NCBI GenBank assembly: GCA_011109175.1 | Contig: RDEW01000002.1 | Coordinates: forward strand, 260,299-324,298 | Reading direction: 5' to 3' | Source: Dicyema japonicum | Taxonomy: Eukaryota > Animalia > Dicyemida | DNA length: 64,000 bases | Part shown: positions 1 to 14,879 of the stretch, piece after piece | Position numbering within the stretch: position 1 is the first letter of the stretch | Layout of the letters: each line of letters opens with the position of its first letter | Program-made: the position numbers and the translations under genes | The notes under the pieces: model-generated | Seen by the model: only the letters and a program-made list of their open reading frames with translations | What the model was told of the DNA's origin: nothing | Database searches by the model: none

Positions 1-200
1 CTCGCTGAGGAGAAACTTTATTTTGGAAACCTGTTGGAAGTGAGCTCCAGAGATTGGCTGACTAGTACACCTATCGTATGGGACGGACTCAGCATTAGTT
101 TATGAAAACGACATCGTTTATTCACTCATAAGAGTTCAGCAGGGAAACCCTCTAGGGCCAACTTTTCATCCCTTGCGAGCTGAAGTCGAGTTGTCCAAGA
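1..200 (+). mobile_element. Decayed CRE-like non-LTR reverse transcriptase fragment
   Basis: About 132-165 translates RVQQGNPLGP, matching the RT motif GVQQGDPLGP typical of CRE-type elements; no open frame. Confidence 0.45.
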
Positions 201-2269
201 AGTCCTTATTTACGCAACTGGACATACCTCGACTCTGAGTTTGATAAAGTTATCATCTACTTTATACAAAAAATAAGTACCGAAACGCTCTAATCCCCGA
301 AAACGATCTCTGAATTGCATTAGCTAACAAAAAACCACGCTTCGAAGAAATAATTAAAACTAAAAGACAGGAAAAGTCTCAAGGAACCTGACTAATTTTT
401 TGAATAAAATTCGAATTCTCTTAGATTTAAAATTTGGAGGTGCGAGGTTGGTTTTGAAACTTGGGGGTGCAAACTCAAAACAAATCGAGAAGCTCTGCTA
501 TAGATGGAGAGTACCAGATCGGACGATAAATAACTTATTGATGAATGATTCGGAACTTTTAGATATTTTATGAAACTAAAAACTCTGGACATATCTTCAA
601 GAACCAAAGATTTTGCTGGATGACTTCTTGTAAAATATGAAAACATCTTGCATGGGACGTGGTATGTGATGCTTCTCCTACTTCAATTTAGCACTAACAC
701 CTGAAATTCTCAAATAAATAAACGAGAAACTATTTGAAAGGCAGTTAATCTTAAAGAATGTGATAATTTGACATTCGTTGAGAACACGAAGAAAAACGGA
801 CAACTGAGTATAAAGATGGCTGATTGGCTTATTCCATAATCATGAACGCAGCTTTCTATTGATTCGAACAGCATAGGAAGAGTTTTTCTGGATTTCCCAA
901 GATCGTCTCAAACAGTTGAAGAGGAAAAGTTTTACAAATACGATCTCTCTTTGCAAAAGACCACTCGTTTTTTATGACGCCCAAGTAAAAATTATCCCTA
1001 TGGAATGACGCTTTAAGGAATTGTTAAAAATTATTTCGAAAATTATATCGATAAGTTGTCGGTAGAAGAGAGAGTGAAGGCAAAAACCCTTTCATCTGTG
1101 CTTAAAAGTATGATCACCGAACAAGACATATGATTAAAATCCCGAAGGATGAATACATCTTTTCTAACAATCTTGTGTAGCTGACATGTGATTATTGAGA
1201 CACTACATGTGGGTAGAGGAGTAATTATTATGTAAGAAAAAAAATCAAAATGATCAAACTGTAATAATTGAATGTCTGCTTCTGCTTACATCTGTAAGAG
1301 AAATCTTTTGAACAGATACTCGGTTTCCCGAAAATCGTATCTCGTTTTCGATATCATAGACCCAATGACCTTAGAAAAAAGACTCCCTTGGACCGAAGAC
1401 TATGCTCACCTCGACGACAACGGGATGTACATAGAATCTGGTAAAGAGACTATCATATTTTCATATTCTCGAATATTTGAGTAGCCTCCCCAGTTTTCAA
1501 TTTCAGAGTTTAAAGTTTTGACAGAGAAAAGGTGTCTGTATTTAATAAAGCTCGTAACAGTTTTTTATATACCTAATTCTGGCACTTGAAAATAGTAAAG
1601 ACGATTTAAATAATATTTTACCACTTTGGAAGCTTCTCAGTGATAACTTTGTTATATCTTCACTTCTTGAACATTACGTGTCCTTATAATAATTAGACAT
1701 CAGATCTACAAATTGGTTAGAATCCTTTGATATTCAGCTCAATTCAAGTTCAGCGTTCGATCATTACATAAAATATAGTCAACGAATATAATTAAAAATA
1801 TTTTCTATTGATGTCGTTCCTTGTATAGTAATAGTGCGACTAATTTCACATATCACAGTTTTTACCATTTTTATATGAATTTTTGAAAGATTAACGTCCC
1901 TTCATTTACATCTTTTATTGATCTCCCTGGGTAATCTCGCTGTCAAATCGAAAATAAATATCTTTACCTTTCATAATACCACGTGACACAATGGACGTCT
2001 CGATAAGTTCGGTTGTGTCTGAGGGAAAATTACATGAATTTTTGAAAGAAAATCTCTGGTGGTATAAATCCCGATTTTTTAATTATGAATTTTTTAATTG
2101 TGATATATTTTCAAATAAATTTATTTTAAATAATTTATAAATAAATTTAGTTTAAATAATAATAACAGATCGTGCGACTTTTTGATGCGACCCGCTAAAA
2201 ATTTAAGTTATTAACCCCGGATACATCGAGAATGAAGTTAAAGTAAACAACTTATTAAGTTTATCCAGT

Positions 2270-2510
2270 TTCCACTTCTACAGAAACAGAGTCCATCCGG
2301 AATCAATATGAAGGGTAGAACATGTCCATATTTTCAGTTGTGAAAACCCCTCCAGTGGAGTGTGGGAGAGCAAATGATCATTTTTCGTGCCAGTTAGGCA
2401 TTGGGCGCCACCTAGACAGGTGTTCATTTGACGCCACTCTAATAGGAAGAGAGAGGAGGAACAGACAAGCAGAAAACTTGTATCAATTTAGACACGCAGC
2501 ACCACAGGCT
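2270..2510 (-). repeat. Dispersed repeat family B copy (about 250 bp, unclassified)
   Basis: Reverse complement aligns with 15430-15700 and 20230-20450: pyrimidine tract, then AGAGTGGC...GATCATTT..CTCTCCCAC.CT..ACTGGAGGGG...CAACTG..A..ATGGAC. Confidence 0.65.
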
Positions 2511-3039
2511 AAAAATAAGAGAATATAAAGAGAATTATTATCTTATGGTTTTATTCAAAATCCAAAGGATCCACTAAAACCTTGTTTTTGCAATGTGGTA
2601 CGTATTTTTACAACTAAGAGATTAAGCCATTTTGCTTATTAGAATACTCAAAACGAAAGCATACTCAATCACTAGGAATAGAAATTGAATTCGTCACTAA
2701 GAAAAAAATGAAACCAAAAACTATTAAAAAGGAAAAAACTTATTCCATTAATACCTACAAGTTTTCTAACTATTTAGTGCTTTTGTTGGATAAGCGAAAT
2801 CTTAAAACTCATAATGAGGTCAGATTTTCCTAAAAACCAAGACGAGAAAAAGATGTTTGAGGATATTCCTGTAAGGGCCAGAAATTGCATCAATTGACTA
2901 ATTTTTCTGGAATCCTTAAAAATCCTTGTTATGAAGAGAGAGTTGAAAATCAGATATCTTTGATAATGCTTATATTCATCATTTATTAACAATCTTCATG
3001 TCCACTACCCCTTATTCGTCATTTCTTAATTTAATTGAG

Positions 3040-3205
3040 AATTGTGGTCGAGAAAACTGGACGAATAAGTGAAAAATCGCTTCGCTTCCTAAGAAACTTG
3101 GACGCCTAGCTACACTAAAAAGTCACGCAGCACGTGAAATTCGGTGGCTTTTCAAGTTGATCTCTGTTGCAATCATAAGAGACAACACCACGTCGATATT
3201 AATCG
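3040..3205 (+). mobile_element. CRE-like retroelement 3' remnant
   Basis: Broken translation IVVEKTGRISEKSLRFL..LGR...LFKLISVAIIRDN matches the AIETSG...WLRQRIGIAVVRGN end of the 17-18 kb element. Confidence 0.55.
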
Positions 3206-4069
3206 GCGGGGAATACCTTTGATGGATGGCTGTATTAATTATTAATTGTTACTTTTAAATAAATCAATTAATTTAAAAAAATTGAGAATTTATTCAGCAC
3301 GCGGAAAACTTTATGATTCTAGTCAATTACATAGTTAGGTGGTAACAATACTTTTGAAACGTTATATTTTCTCTATCTTAACTTTACTACATCTTAACAA
3401 AATAATAGGCCAGGTTTATTATATTACTTCATTACGCCGCGGTACACAATGTGCAAACTCTAATCACCATCTCATTCATCAAAGCAGATTGCATGGAGCT
3501 GATCTTCAGTTTCTATTCATTTTAAGTAACAAAACTTCGAGAGGTGAAAATATAAACATATCATCATTCAGTGTTTTCCTTGCATAATCTTAAACTGAAA
3601 TATCTTTGAACGTGCAAAGTAATGTTTCGCGATGATTAAGCATTCTATTTCTCCGATAACAGATTTTATCTTAAACATGGCAAATCAAGGCTTACAAAAA
3701 TGGAGTATTTCTTCTTTATGTGTCTGATAGAAAAATTCAAGACTCCAGAAATCCCCAACGGATTAATTATGTGACTGGATAAAAACTAAGTAAATTTTAT
3801 CCATCAGTTTCTAATGTTGATAATATTAAATGACCTCACTCAGAAGCCGTGGTGACCACGAAACGCAATACCCAATCCAGTCGGTCTAATAGCGATTATT
3901 AAGAATACTTTCATGTGGAATAATCTAGTTATGTAACAATCGTTAATTTCATGATTTATGGAAATAAGTCCATCTCTATTCTTTGTTGTGTTCTAAATAA
4001 ATAATCGATAGTACGTAACAAAGTTATGAGCCGTATGCGAGAGCCTTAGCACTTTCAAGAGAGCCTTAT

Positions 4070-4860
4070 ATTTATAGCCCCGCATGTGCAGTAAAAAATA
4101 TGGGAAAAGTTAGTTTGTTCCAGGATTTTCTGTTTTTAGCCAGATCCCTAGGTGTGTCCAGGTCGTCAGAAAATGCCAATGTTTTCTTTACGGTTTTCAG
4201 ATCGCCTTGTAAAACGACAGTGAAAGTTGTTCTTGGTCTTCCACAAAAGCGTTTTACATGGGAAGAGTAGTAATCTTCCATGGCAATATTCGGGGGGATG
4301 ATGGGTCCAACTTCAGGACGTGTCCAAAAAGTTACCAACAAAAACTAATGATCTCGAACATATTGTTGTACAGTCACACTTATTGTACAGTCTTTTCCGC
4401 GAGATCTTGGATGGCCAGAACATTCCAGTTATGTTTTTTAGATGATTCCTGTGAAACGTGTCTAGCCTCTTCAATTCCTCTTCTGAGGTTTCCCTCTGCC
4501 CATGAAGGGCATTTCTTTTGTAATAGTATTTTTCGTTAAGTTTTTTTGTATGGATTTCTTTTAACTCCTTTGCTAGTTTTGTATGTATCGTCAGATCCCA
4601 TAGTAGTCATCTCTCGCGTGCCGAGGTACTGGCTTGCTGATTCGTTTATTATATTCTTTGTGCGATCCCCTTTAGTAATTTTGAGTGTATCTGGATGAGA
4701 GATCAGTTTTTCCGTTTCGTATCAATTTCTTGTATTCTCATTATTATTGTTTGTAATGTTTTTATATTTCTTATGTTTGATACCATGTTTTGCCAGATTG
4801 AAGGTATAAATACCATTCTGTGATCGCTGACAGTTGTTGAACCTTCGAATGTGCGTGCGT
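4070..4860 (-). mobile_element. Decayed RTE-like LINE remnant
   Basis: Fragments SVSDHRMV (end of APE domain) and FCGRPRTTF (RTE C-terminal GRP motif), with multiple stops. Confidence 0.5.
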
Positions 4861-7800
4861 TTATAAAAGATTTAAAATTTTAAAGAAAATTTAGATTTAA
4901 TAAGATTCGAAAATTAAAATTGTTATGATTTTTTAAATTTTTAAATAATCTTATTTTTTGCTTGAGGTGGTGACGTGGTTCTTAAAAACTATGTCTGGAA
5001 AACACCGAATTCATGGACTAGACTTCTCTCTCTTAACGTCCAATGTCATGGAGCTCAGGAACCAATTCAGACAGCCGACCAAAATTTTTATAAAAAACGA
5101 GAAGCGCAGAAATTTCGTACGAGATTTTGGTGACTTTTTAGACATTTACTTCGTCTGAAACTGATGACCCTGGCGAATGTGGCCATTGAGGACTGCTTTG
5201 TTCTGAACGCTCCGCGTTTCTTGTCGCCCGATGTCATGACCTCAAGAACAGGGAAGACTTCTACAGACTTCAGGACATGGCTAAAAGTCATCAGTGATGG
5301 AAGAAGTTAACAACTAGTTTGATGACTAAATGATCAACCCGCATGCTCCTTTACTAATAATTCAACTCCTACATGAACTGCTGAGACGTGCGAGGAGGAA
5401 AATTATATGGAGAAAACAGGTAAAACTGATAGTTATAAGCACGGCACACATGGATCCCTATGAATTTATATGCTTATGGATAATGCGGGAGTGCATTCAA
5501 CCAACTAACTGACATTCCACATCTCATTTGTGGCTCAACCTCGTTTACAGCCAAGACGTATTATTATTTAGCCTTGAGTTATGACATGCGTGAAGATTTG
5601 ATGGACCAAAGAAATTATCACTAGCGATTTTTTTGACTTTATAATTCCGAAATTTTTACCTAAAAAATTGATAACTTATCACATATTTTGATATCTTATA
5701 GACTAGAAATTGACTCGTCAAAAATGATATAACCCCTTTGTATTATGGATAGAAAGCAATTCCTCCACAATCTTTGACAAAATGCACATATGAAAGTAAT
5801 AAGGATTCATTTTTACCCCAAGATCACCGGATTAGAAAAAGTTAATTATTAAGTGATCCGGTTTTCCGGTTCTGGCTATCTTTCGGGTCCTCTAAAATCC
5901 AACAGAATTGGTAATACGGGGACGGTCTCATTCTCCATAGATTCCTTGCATTTTCTAGATAGTCAGATATAGCGGACAGCCGGTTTTCATCGCCCACTGT
6001 AGAAATGACTTTACTCTCCACCATAGATGTTCTTTAACATTCAATACGTATTTACATTTTTTGTTAATTATTTCCAAGGCAGCAAGTTGTGCAGATTTTA
6101 ATTTTTGAGACGACGATTCAGAAATTATCGAGCTCCAGAAAGGACATGCGTATTCGATTACTGGCAGTATGTATTGTCTGAAATTTTCTGTAGTAAGAAG
6201 GTGATCGAGACAAAATTTTAAATATGTTGGTCCTCCTCATGACCTTGGTAATAACGTCAATAAGTATTCATTTGGTAAAAGTATTGACTCATTTAGCTGT
6301 AATTCAATATTTTTCAATATAAACAAATATTACTTCCCACGTCGAATATCCTATCATCGATTCGCCTCTGTATTTTTGATTGAAATAGACTATAATAGTC
6401 TGAAGTTGGTGCATTGCTGTTGTGAAAAAAGTCGAATTGATGGTATTACAAATTATTTCTTAATTTGTGTGGCTTGTCTGATATGCTGATTAATAAAGCG
6501 ACAAGATGCGAAACATAATCATCTCCGCAAATGGAAATATTTTCTCCACCCACGATGGGTTTTGTTTTTCTCATAAAATCGCGTGAACTTTCTCATAATT
6601 TTCTCAATGGCTGTTCTAAGACACTTAAAAGATCTCACTTCATTTGATGCGCATGAATCGAACTTTTATGTATACCTAACTGAGCAAGAGGTTAATCAAG
6701 TGATATCTCGGAAAACTCCCTCCAGGAGACAAATGAAAAATAGTAGCAAGTGTATTTTCTCTTTAAACCGTTTACACACAGCACTTCCTTATTCAAAACT
6801 TTAGGTTTCCAATGTTTCCTGAATCAATCACTCCATCTACTTTACGCAAAGTAAAAGGGTAGCTTGCATCCATCATAAAGTTGAGACTTCCTACAGTAGA
6901 TACGCCTCCACTTCAACCTTCAGATCAATTATCTACTTGAGTGACAAAACATTCCCATGTCAAGTAGGCTGAATACTAGCAGCCATTAATCTTAAAAGTA
7001 AATAAAATATGCAAAAGATAATCAAATTAGACTACTAAATACCACAAAGTAAATCGATGAAGCTAGCTAATTAAGTTTATCGTCAAGAATGGCGTATCTC
7101 CCACCTTTCCTAGAATGTACGACAGATCGCAATTGCTGTGATAATCAAAGAATATTTACCATGGAAATCCGTCGTCGTAGAATGAACGCAGTAATGGTGA
7201 CTAAAAGCACACAGAGACAAACATAATTAAAATAGTCTTTTCACGTGACAATTCCTTCATTTTTTCTAATTTTAAATTTAACTACAACCGATTTCCACAA
7301 ATTTTGGGTCATTGTCGACTAAAATAATCAGAAAAGATCAAACCGACAGTTTCATCTTTATTTCCTATATGTGGTACACTTTCATCCCCTCCTTTTGGCT
7401 GTACTGGCACATCTAACTTATCTTAGCCCCGATAACCTTCCTTGGAGTCAGTCGGCTCATCATTCGACTCTACAATAAAACCAATTCACAGCACCTTTTT
7501 TGAGAGTAGACACATCGGGATGGCCTAAAATAAATATTATGTCCAACTAGGTTGTGGTTTCGCTGCTTCACTGACTAGAAGATAAAAGAACAAGAAACCT
7601 GTATTGTTTGAATTTTGCGGTTGATTACGCAAACCGGAAGAATCTAAATATGATTTTTAGGAGAACTAGTTGGATGGTTCACGTCTTTTACGACAGTTTC
7701 CTCGACTAAATTGAATTTTTATTAAAAATAAATTAATTTTATTTAAATTTAAATAAATTTAAAAACCCAAAATCAATTATTTAAATTATTTTTTGTTAAT

Positions 7801-9265
7801 AATAAAATTAAATAACTGACCTGATGTTTGATTTACATTGGTTAGAGTATTTGCTGATTGAATTGTGATGAGGATTGATACTGCAAAAGTTGAAAAATTA
7901 AAGTACATAAGAAAGGCAACAGCATTCCAATAAGACACTTGATTCAAAATTTTATTTAAATTTTTAAAATTATTTAATTAAATAAATATTAATAAATAAA
8001 CTTAGTAAATATTCAAATTAATTTAATCACATTCTTTAAAATGGTCACTTAACATAAGCATGAAACCTAGGTTTCATTTAAACTTTATCTATGGTCCAAA
8101 CCAACTTGCAGGACGGTCATACGATCAAGGGTGAATTGGAGAGGTGATTGATTCAGAAATGAATAGAGAGTGAAAAGCTTAGTCGGCTAATTCTTCCAAC
8201 AAAGAGTGTTTAATCAATACAACATGTTACTTGAGATTATCGATATTGAATTTTCATCTTAACTTGTATAGATTTATTATTACCTGTTTGCTATTCGTGA
8301 AACACAAATTAACTAAAACATTTTAATAAAAAAATTAAATTTAAAGAATAATTTTTTTAACAAATAAAAAATTAAATTAAGTAAAATTAATTTAATTTCT
8401 CCATCCAATGTGCCACAAAATACTTCTCTTGCAGTCTCCACGTGGATTTCTTCATTGTTGAACCTTAGGAAAATATCTATAATACATTGGTCATTTTATT
8501 TCCAAACAAGTAGAAACTTGTTTTCCGGTTTTGAACTTGAAAACTTAATGTGACTTTCATCTTTAGGACATAGCGGAGTTTCAAACCTCTACTTTCCAAA
8601 CAGACTACTTGATTCAGGTTACCTTAAGTCTAAACATTCTGACGAATCATGAAAACTTTATTGAATCCTTCTGAGATGAATTTTTATCCTCATAAAGGGG
8701 AAACAACTCCACTAAGCCGTTTCGATTTAACATTGAGTACCCCCATTGGATTTTTCATTATTAACTACTTTCATGCAAAAAAACTGAACTAGAGTAACCT
8801 TATACCATTTTCGACAAAGTTTTAGATAATGCCATTATTAGTGAAATATTTATATACTCCCTTAACAACAACAAATGTAAATGTTTTTAGGTCACAACGT
8901 ATTTAGATTTAAATACAGTTTTCGCTAACCAACCCTTCAGCCCTTGTTATTGAGGGTGTCTTGGTTTTATGAATATCCTTTATCCCCAATCACATAATAA
9001 TCTTGAAAATTCAGAGTTACAAAACTTTTTGCATTTTCCGTATGTAAGGTTTCAGGTGACCCAACTGAATAAAACATGTCTTCAAAAGCATACTTATATT
9101 TTGAGAAGTTTTTCTCATTAGTAGAAATGAATATGCAAATTTTGAGTAACGAGCTATTACATTAATGATCCATTTATATTTTTTATTATAAGAATAATAT
9201 CTCCAAAGATCTATACAATTCGCAATAAATCTTTCGAATTTTTGTAAACGGTAAACATTTGAATA

Positions 9266-9495
9266 TCCTCACCTCTTCTATTTTCAACCCTTTTTACGCT
9301 TATTCAATTTATTGACTCAAAATAATTTTTTTTGTTTTTTGAGGGAACAAGAGATAGATCCTCGACCTCTTCTACTTTCAACGCTTTTCACATTTAATCG
9401 CTTTATTGACTCAAAATAAATTTTTTTGTTTTTTGAGAGAACAAGGGACCGATCCTCGACCTCTTCTATCTTCAACGCTTTTCACGCTTAATCGA
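9266..9495. repeat. Tandem repeat, about 93-95 bp unit, about 2.4 copies
   Basis: TCCTC(G)ACCTCTTCTA..TTCAAC.CTTTT.AC..TTA...TTTATTGACTCAAAATAA recurs at about 9267, 9359 and 9453. Confidence 0.85.
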
Positions 9496-10079
9496 TTGAT
9501 GGATAAATTGACCGATCCCTCGTAGCAAAACTTAGAAATTGTTAATATTTTCAAATGCTAAATTTGTTATATCAACCCGGAGAGTATACACCCGGACGCT
9601 ATGACATACGACAATTATTAATCAGTCAACTTCAACCAAGTATTACAAGTAGGAACTGAGCACCGATTTAAAGTTACCCCGGGTGGAGAATATAGAATTG
9701 CACATAATTGTTATTTTCTATAAAATATTGTGAAATTGGTTCTGTTAAGCTGTTTAGTACAACCTATAAACTACTCCTTGTTCCCATCTGATCCTTACAT
9801 TTTTATTACCGCTTAGAGCAGAAGAGACATATAAAAAAAAATTAGAGCTCTTATCTCTAAATCATTTTTCATTTTCAATTACATTATTATTATTTTTATT
9901 TAACCAGAAGAAAAAAAAAAAAAATTTACAATCAAACACAATAAACTTTAACTTAACAAAAATAGAGAACAAAAGTATAAAATTAATGACTTTTTTGCTG
10001 TGTTTATTTTTAATAATTTTATTGCTAATTGCAATACGAATGTCATGTTTTTGATTCAGCCGATTTCTGTATTTATTTT

Positions 10080-10405
10080 CAATTTCCAAAAGAAAGATAG
10101 TTCCGCCAACCTTGCACATTTTTCCTTCCAACCATAAGGGAATTGGCATACGAGGACTTTTCCCGTAAGCAAGCTTTAGAGCAAAATTTCGCGTTTTCTC
10201 AATTTCGTATTTTAGCATGTTCCATAAAATTACCTCCCTCGTCAATTAGGAGGCCAAGATATTTCATAGTGTTCTTCCGAGGTATGTCTTGTAACAAGCT
10301 CTTTAGGTAAGCTATTTTCCTGCTTCCAGTTATCCTCAGCATACCAGACTTCTCATGTGCTACAGAAAGGAAGTTGTCATTGCACCACTCTTCAATCTGG
10401 TCCAT
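10080..10405 (-). mobile_element. LINE reverse transcriptase C-terminal remnant
   Basis: IEEWCNDNFLSVAHEKS...MKYLGLLIDEGGNFMEH is the typical non-LTR RT domain 6-7 signature; frameshifted. Confidence 0.6.
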
Positions 10406-10508
10406 GTACGGTAGTCGGATACAATCTTAAATAATGAAAAAAGTAAAATGTATATATCTCTTAGAGTTACTTTAAAAAAGACAAATAATAAGTGATGTAA
10501 ACATAATA

Positions 10509-11684
10509 TGTCACATGGGTGGCTTGATGCCTATGGGCAACCTGTTTTTTACGCGTTTTCTTGATGCCTATGGCAATTATTTTTTAAGTCTTGACATTAC
10601 GACCGATCTTTTTCTTCCATCAGAAAAATCAACCTATAAATACATTTGATAAATACCTTTACACGTGAATTAGATAAGATAGAGACTATTTCGCAAGTAT
10701 CAGAATACATTAAACCTTCATTATTCAGAACAAAAAAAATTTGGATGCCTTTCGGATTGTGAAGGAAATAAATATACTAATTTTATTGTAATTAATATAT
10801 TATTTTTTAATATATAATATATTCTCTCTATTTTCAGCACCAATAATTTTCTTGTCGACATTATTCGTTTTCGTCAAGCGTTTCTGTTTGAGTTATTTTA
10901 TCTTCATTAGCAAGTTCTTATAGTTCTTTTTTGTACTCATACAAAACAGGATCTTGCATGATATCTTCATAAGCAAATTAATCAAGACATTTAATTGCCC
11001 ATATCCTTAAGATGATTGATGAAAACATTAAAAAGTTCTCCTGTCATCCAAACCCTTTTATTTGCATAGTAAATAATTTTCTAAGTCAAAACCTATAGTA
11101 TCTCGGTCTTTGACTTTTAAAATAACAAAAAGGTTTAATTTTTATTGTTCTAGTCGCTATAGTAATTCTCATTTTTGATTGATTTTGCCTACTCTTTTTT
11201 ATATGAAATTGTTCTAAAAAAGGAAAGATTGAAAAAAAGATTCCAATTTCATCCATATTTAGCAATACGTTAGGGTCAACTTTTTTTAACTTATCAATCA
11301 TATTTTTTCTATTCAAATTATTTCATCTTGTGTTTAGTTTTTTGGCTCCTTCGTGAAGAACTTTTGTTTAAGATTAAATCTTCCTTTGAATCAGTGTGGC
11401 CTTTACTAAATTCCAGAACATTGATTTTACCTTTTTACCAAATACCTTAGCTTTTGAAATGATGATATCTTCAGTAATAACACCATTGATTGCATCCATC
11501 TTTGAAATCCATTACATCTTTGAATAAATACAGTTAAAATTAATTTTTCATTTAGAATTAATGAATTAGTTAAATGGTGTTCTTATAAAAGTTACAAGAA
11601 AGTCTTATTATGTAATATATTCTGGTTACCATGGAAACACGTAAAAGCCAGGTTGCTCATAGGCTTCATGTTGCCCATGTGACA
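10509..11684 (-). mobile_element. pogo/Tigger-like DNA transposon, degenerate, with TIRs and TA TSD
   Basis: Imperfect TIRs of about 55 bp (TGTCACATGGG...GCCTATG.GCAACCTG..TTTTACG.GTTT) at both ends, flanked by TA. Internal remnants: LLNMDEIGIFF (pogo NxDETG), KMRITI, KSQRPR, NKRVWMT. Confidence 0.8.
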
Positions 11685-11945
11685 TAATATAATTTATATC
11701 AATATGGTTTTCAATAATATAAATTTTAAAAACATTATATTTTGCCATAAATCATCTCTAACGATGATAATGATCTAAAAGCTATAAACCCTAATAATGT
11801 AAATATCCCTAAACAATTCCAACTATGATCTAACATACTTTATCAAATGTCTTTATTAAAAAGTAAACTAACTGATTGTCGTCGTCCGTATGTACGTTCC
11901 GGAATTTGCTAACTACTCCCCGTAAAACAAATATGAAATGTGATG

Positions 11946-12025
11946 TTGCTACATACTCCCGATAAATTATATTTATTAGATTCCTACACTTTGCTACATA
12001 CTCCCGATAAATTATATTTATTAGA
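11946..12025. repeat. 36-bp direct repeat, two copies
   Basis: TTGCTACATACTCCCGATAAATTATATTTATTAGAT at 11946 and 11990. Confidence 0.85.
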
Positions 12026-12299
12026 TGTTGTTTTTATACTAATATTGACTAATAAAAAGTAATCATTTTAAATATTAACAACAAATTAATTTTAATCGAA
12101 AAATCATTTATTTTGTATCTAAATTAGCCAAGTCTCTGCTATTTTCTTTAATAATAGTTCCATCTTCGCATTCACATATTATCATCCCAGTGGGAAAGAT
12201 TTCTCTAACGTAATATATATTGATGTAGTCGTACTCCATTTTGTTAACCTTCACAGGTCGTCCAAAAAACATAAAATTTCCGTTGATAAGGATTTTTCG

Positions 12300-13280
12300 A
12301 TGATAAAGATAGATCGTTTGACAACATATAGCCAACAAAAATTAAATGAATCTGATGTTGGAAACTGGGATTTGAAGGTGACTAAGGCTTTTCTGAAATG
12401 TGACATTCCGCTTAACAAATTATCAATGACTTTGTTCATTGATCTTTTCAAAGGCAACCAAATTTCTCTTCCTTCGCAATCGCAAGTAAGGAACTGTGCC
12501 AAATATATTACAAATGAATTCATAGCTTCGTTCAGGAGCATATTAAAGTATTTCATCAAATTTTATTTTTATAGAACAAAAAATTTTTGCGATACCGATG
12601 AAACTCAAATCCGAAACAAACGATATGTCGCGGTTTTGATGAGATCAATCAACTGCCTAAAATCACTTATTTGGTTTCATTCAAGCCAATTACGTCTGCA
12701 CCTACAAAAAATATTATAGCACAGTTTGTTGATGATTCGATCCGAAATATAATGGTTGAACATATTTTGCATAATTGTTCAATGGAGGTCAGAAAATCTT
12801 ATCCAGAAGTAGATGATGTGATAGCTAGCGTACAAGATTCTACTAGGAACAAGTAAAAGCGAAAATTGTTGTTTTCCGAAATTGGAATTCCTCCCAAAGT
12901 CGTATTGACGAGATGGGGTACCTGGTTGAAGGCTGCATCTTTTTTATTCATAAAATTCAATCCCAGTGATTAACATTTTTGAGTTAATTGAAGACGTAGG
13001 CATTTTAGTAACTTCTACGAAAAATGCTTTAAAAAGTGAAAAAAAATATTACAGAGCTTATGCGCTATTTCGAATAACTATTCACATTTTCCAGGTTGTT
13101 CTTATACGCATATTCGACGCTTAGTGCAATAGATTTTGGGAAAGATGAAACAATAGTCAAACAAAAATTAGAGAAGAGAATTTTGGAAAGCGACCTAACT
13201 AATATTATTAACATGGAATGTAAACTGTCTCTTATTCGTTCCTTATAAATTGTCAGTCATCCTCGGCATCTGTATTATCT
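12300..13280 (+). mobile_element. Degenerate hAT-like transposase remnant
   Basis: AFLKCDIPLNKL, DETQ..RYVAVL, HILHNCSMEVRKSYPEVD and IGIPPKVVLTRWGTWLKAA across frameshifts; the TRW motif and first-Asp DE motif are hAT-like. Confidence 0.6.
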
Positions 13281-13979
13281 ATATTTTACAAGTCTAAATT
13301 GAGAATAAATAAAGTTAATTTTTTTCAAATTTTAAGGTTAAAAATGTTGGCCTACTCATCAGTTATTTCGTATAAATTCTGAATGGCGATTTGTGGAACG
13401 TAATGGGTCAATCAATCGGGAAAGTTACAGATACTGTCGAAGTAAAAAATTCAGAAAATATGTTTAAATTATAATCAAATCAATTCCTTGAAAAACAATC
13501 AAAAATAGTCTTTCTCAAGCAACAATTACTACAGAAATTATAGATTTACTGATGTGACAAAACCCATTGAAAGTGGTAGCTTTCTGAGAAGAAAACTGCT
13601 TCTTAAAACATTTTATGACAAACCAAAATATTCTGTTAAAAAAAATTTTTTGTTTAATTATAGTGGCTTAGTTTGACGTCCATTAGATTATTTGTCATAT
13701 TTGTATAAACCATTACTCGTTTAAGGGAACTTTCCATTTTTTATATTTGTGAAAACATGGGAACTCTCCATTTAAAGAAACTTTGTAGTAATGGTATGAA
13801 GCATCATTGCATATTTTTGCTAATATAGAAAGACATTAATCAAAATTATATGGATTTCTCCAATGTAGAACAATAATCAAAATTATAGGGAATTCTCCAA
13901 AATGGCAATATCTGATATTGAATAAATCCTTCAGTTGTCTTTTTGATAAGATTTTCTTGTTCTTGTGGACATTGTGGTT

Positions 13980-14200
13980 TCTTGTTACCCTGAATGTAAG
14001 AGGACTCAATCCAACATACAAGAAGCTTCAGCTGTCACGTGATTCGGATCACTATAAGGTATCAGTATGCTGCCTACAGGAAACAAAAATAACTGACAAC
14101 ACATGCATGCGGGTGGGAGATTATCATTTGATTACCCTTCTAACAACGTGTCGTTTGGATTTTGCTATTCATCACACATTGTATAGTCGTGGTTTCTTGT
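13980..14200 (+). mobile_element. APE endonuclease N-terminal fragment of a LINE
   Basis: VTLNVRGL...VCCLQETK are APE motifs I and II. Confidence 0.6.
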
Positions 14201-14879
14201 AGTTATTATTTATTATTAAGAATCACTCCCGAGAAAACATAAAAGTTAAGTTTCCCTTGAGCCGTATTCCGAATCATACTCTACGTCAGCTTCGACCATG
14301 ATCTTCTGTTGCATTCTAGTTCTCATATGATACAGTAAGACCCTTGTGATTCTGTGTTTTTAAATCAAATATAAATACAATTTCTTCATAGTTATTAGCA
14401 GCATGATGAAATGATAAATCAAAGATTTATGTGATAAAAGTTTGATAAATCTTGCACTTTCAATAATGAAGAAATATTAATATAATCAAATATAGAAAAA
14501 TTATAACACAACACAGCACCACAAGAAGATAATCCGACCGTGTATCATAAACTTAATTAATAATGGTTAACCATATTAAAATATAAATTTAAACTAATAT
14601 AATTAAAAAAATATATAATTAAATAAATTGAGGGTTCTGTTCTCGATACGGGATGACATTAAATTGAATGATCTGTCTAGTTAATGGTTGCTCATAATTT
14701 ATAAACAGATCCTTTTCTGCATGGTCATTAAGGATGCTGATGAGTGTGCGGTAGTCTGCATATACACTAATTAGAAGCGGTAATCACACTAGGAGGATAA
14801 ATTGTTGTCGTGCATTCAAATAAAAACATGTGCTCGATATAGTCAATCCAATAAAATATAGACTTTAAAAATTAGTTCT

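Noticed and set aside
392-8900. Short ORFs in the first 9 kb as host genes
   Set aside because: No recognisable domains or consistent micro-intron chains; the traces look like decayed TEs.
9266-9495. Repeat array as CRISPR
   Set aside because: Whole units repeat without unique spacers; eukaryotic context; no cas genes.
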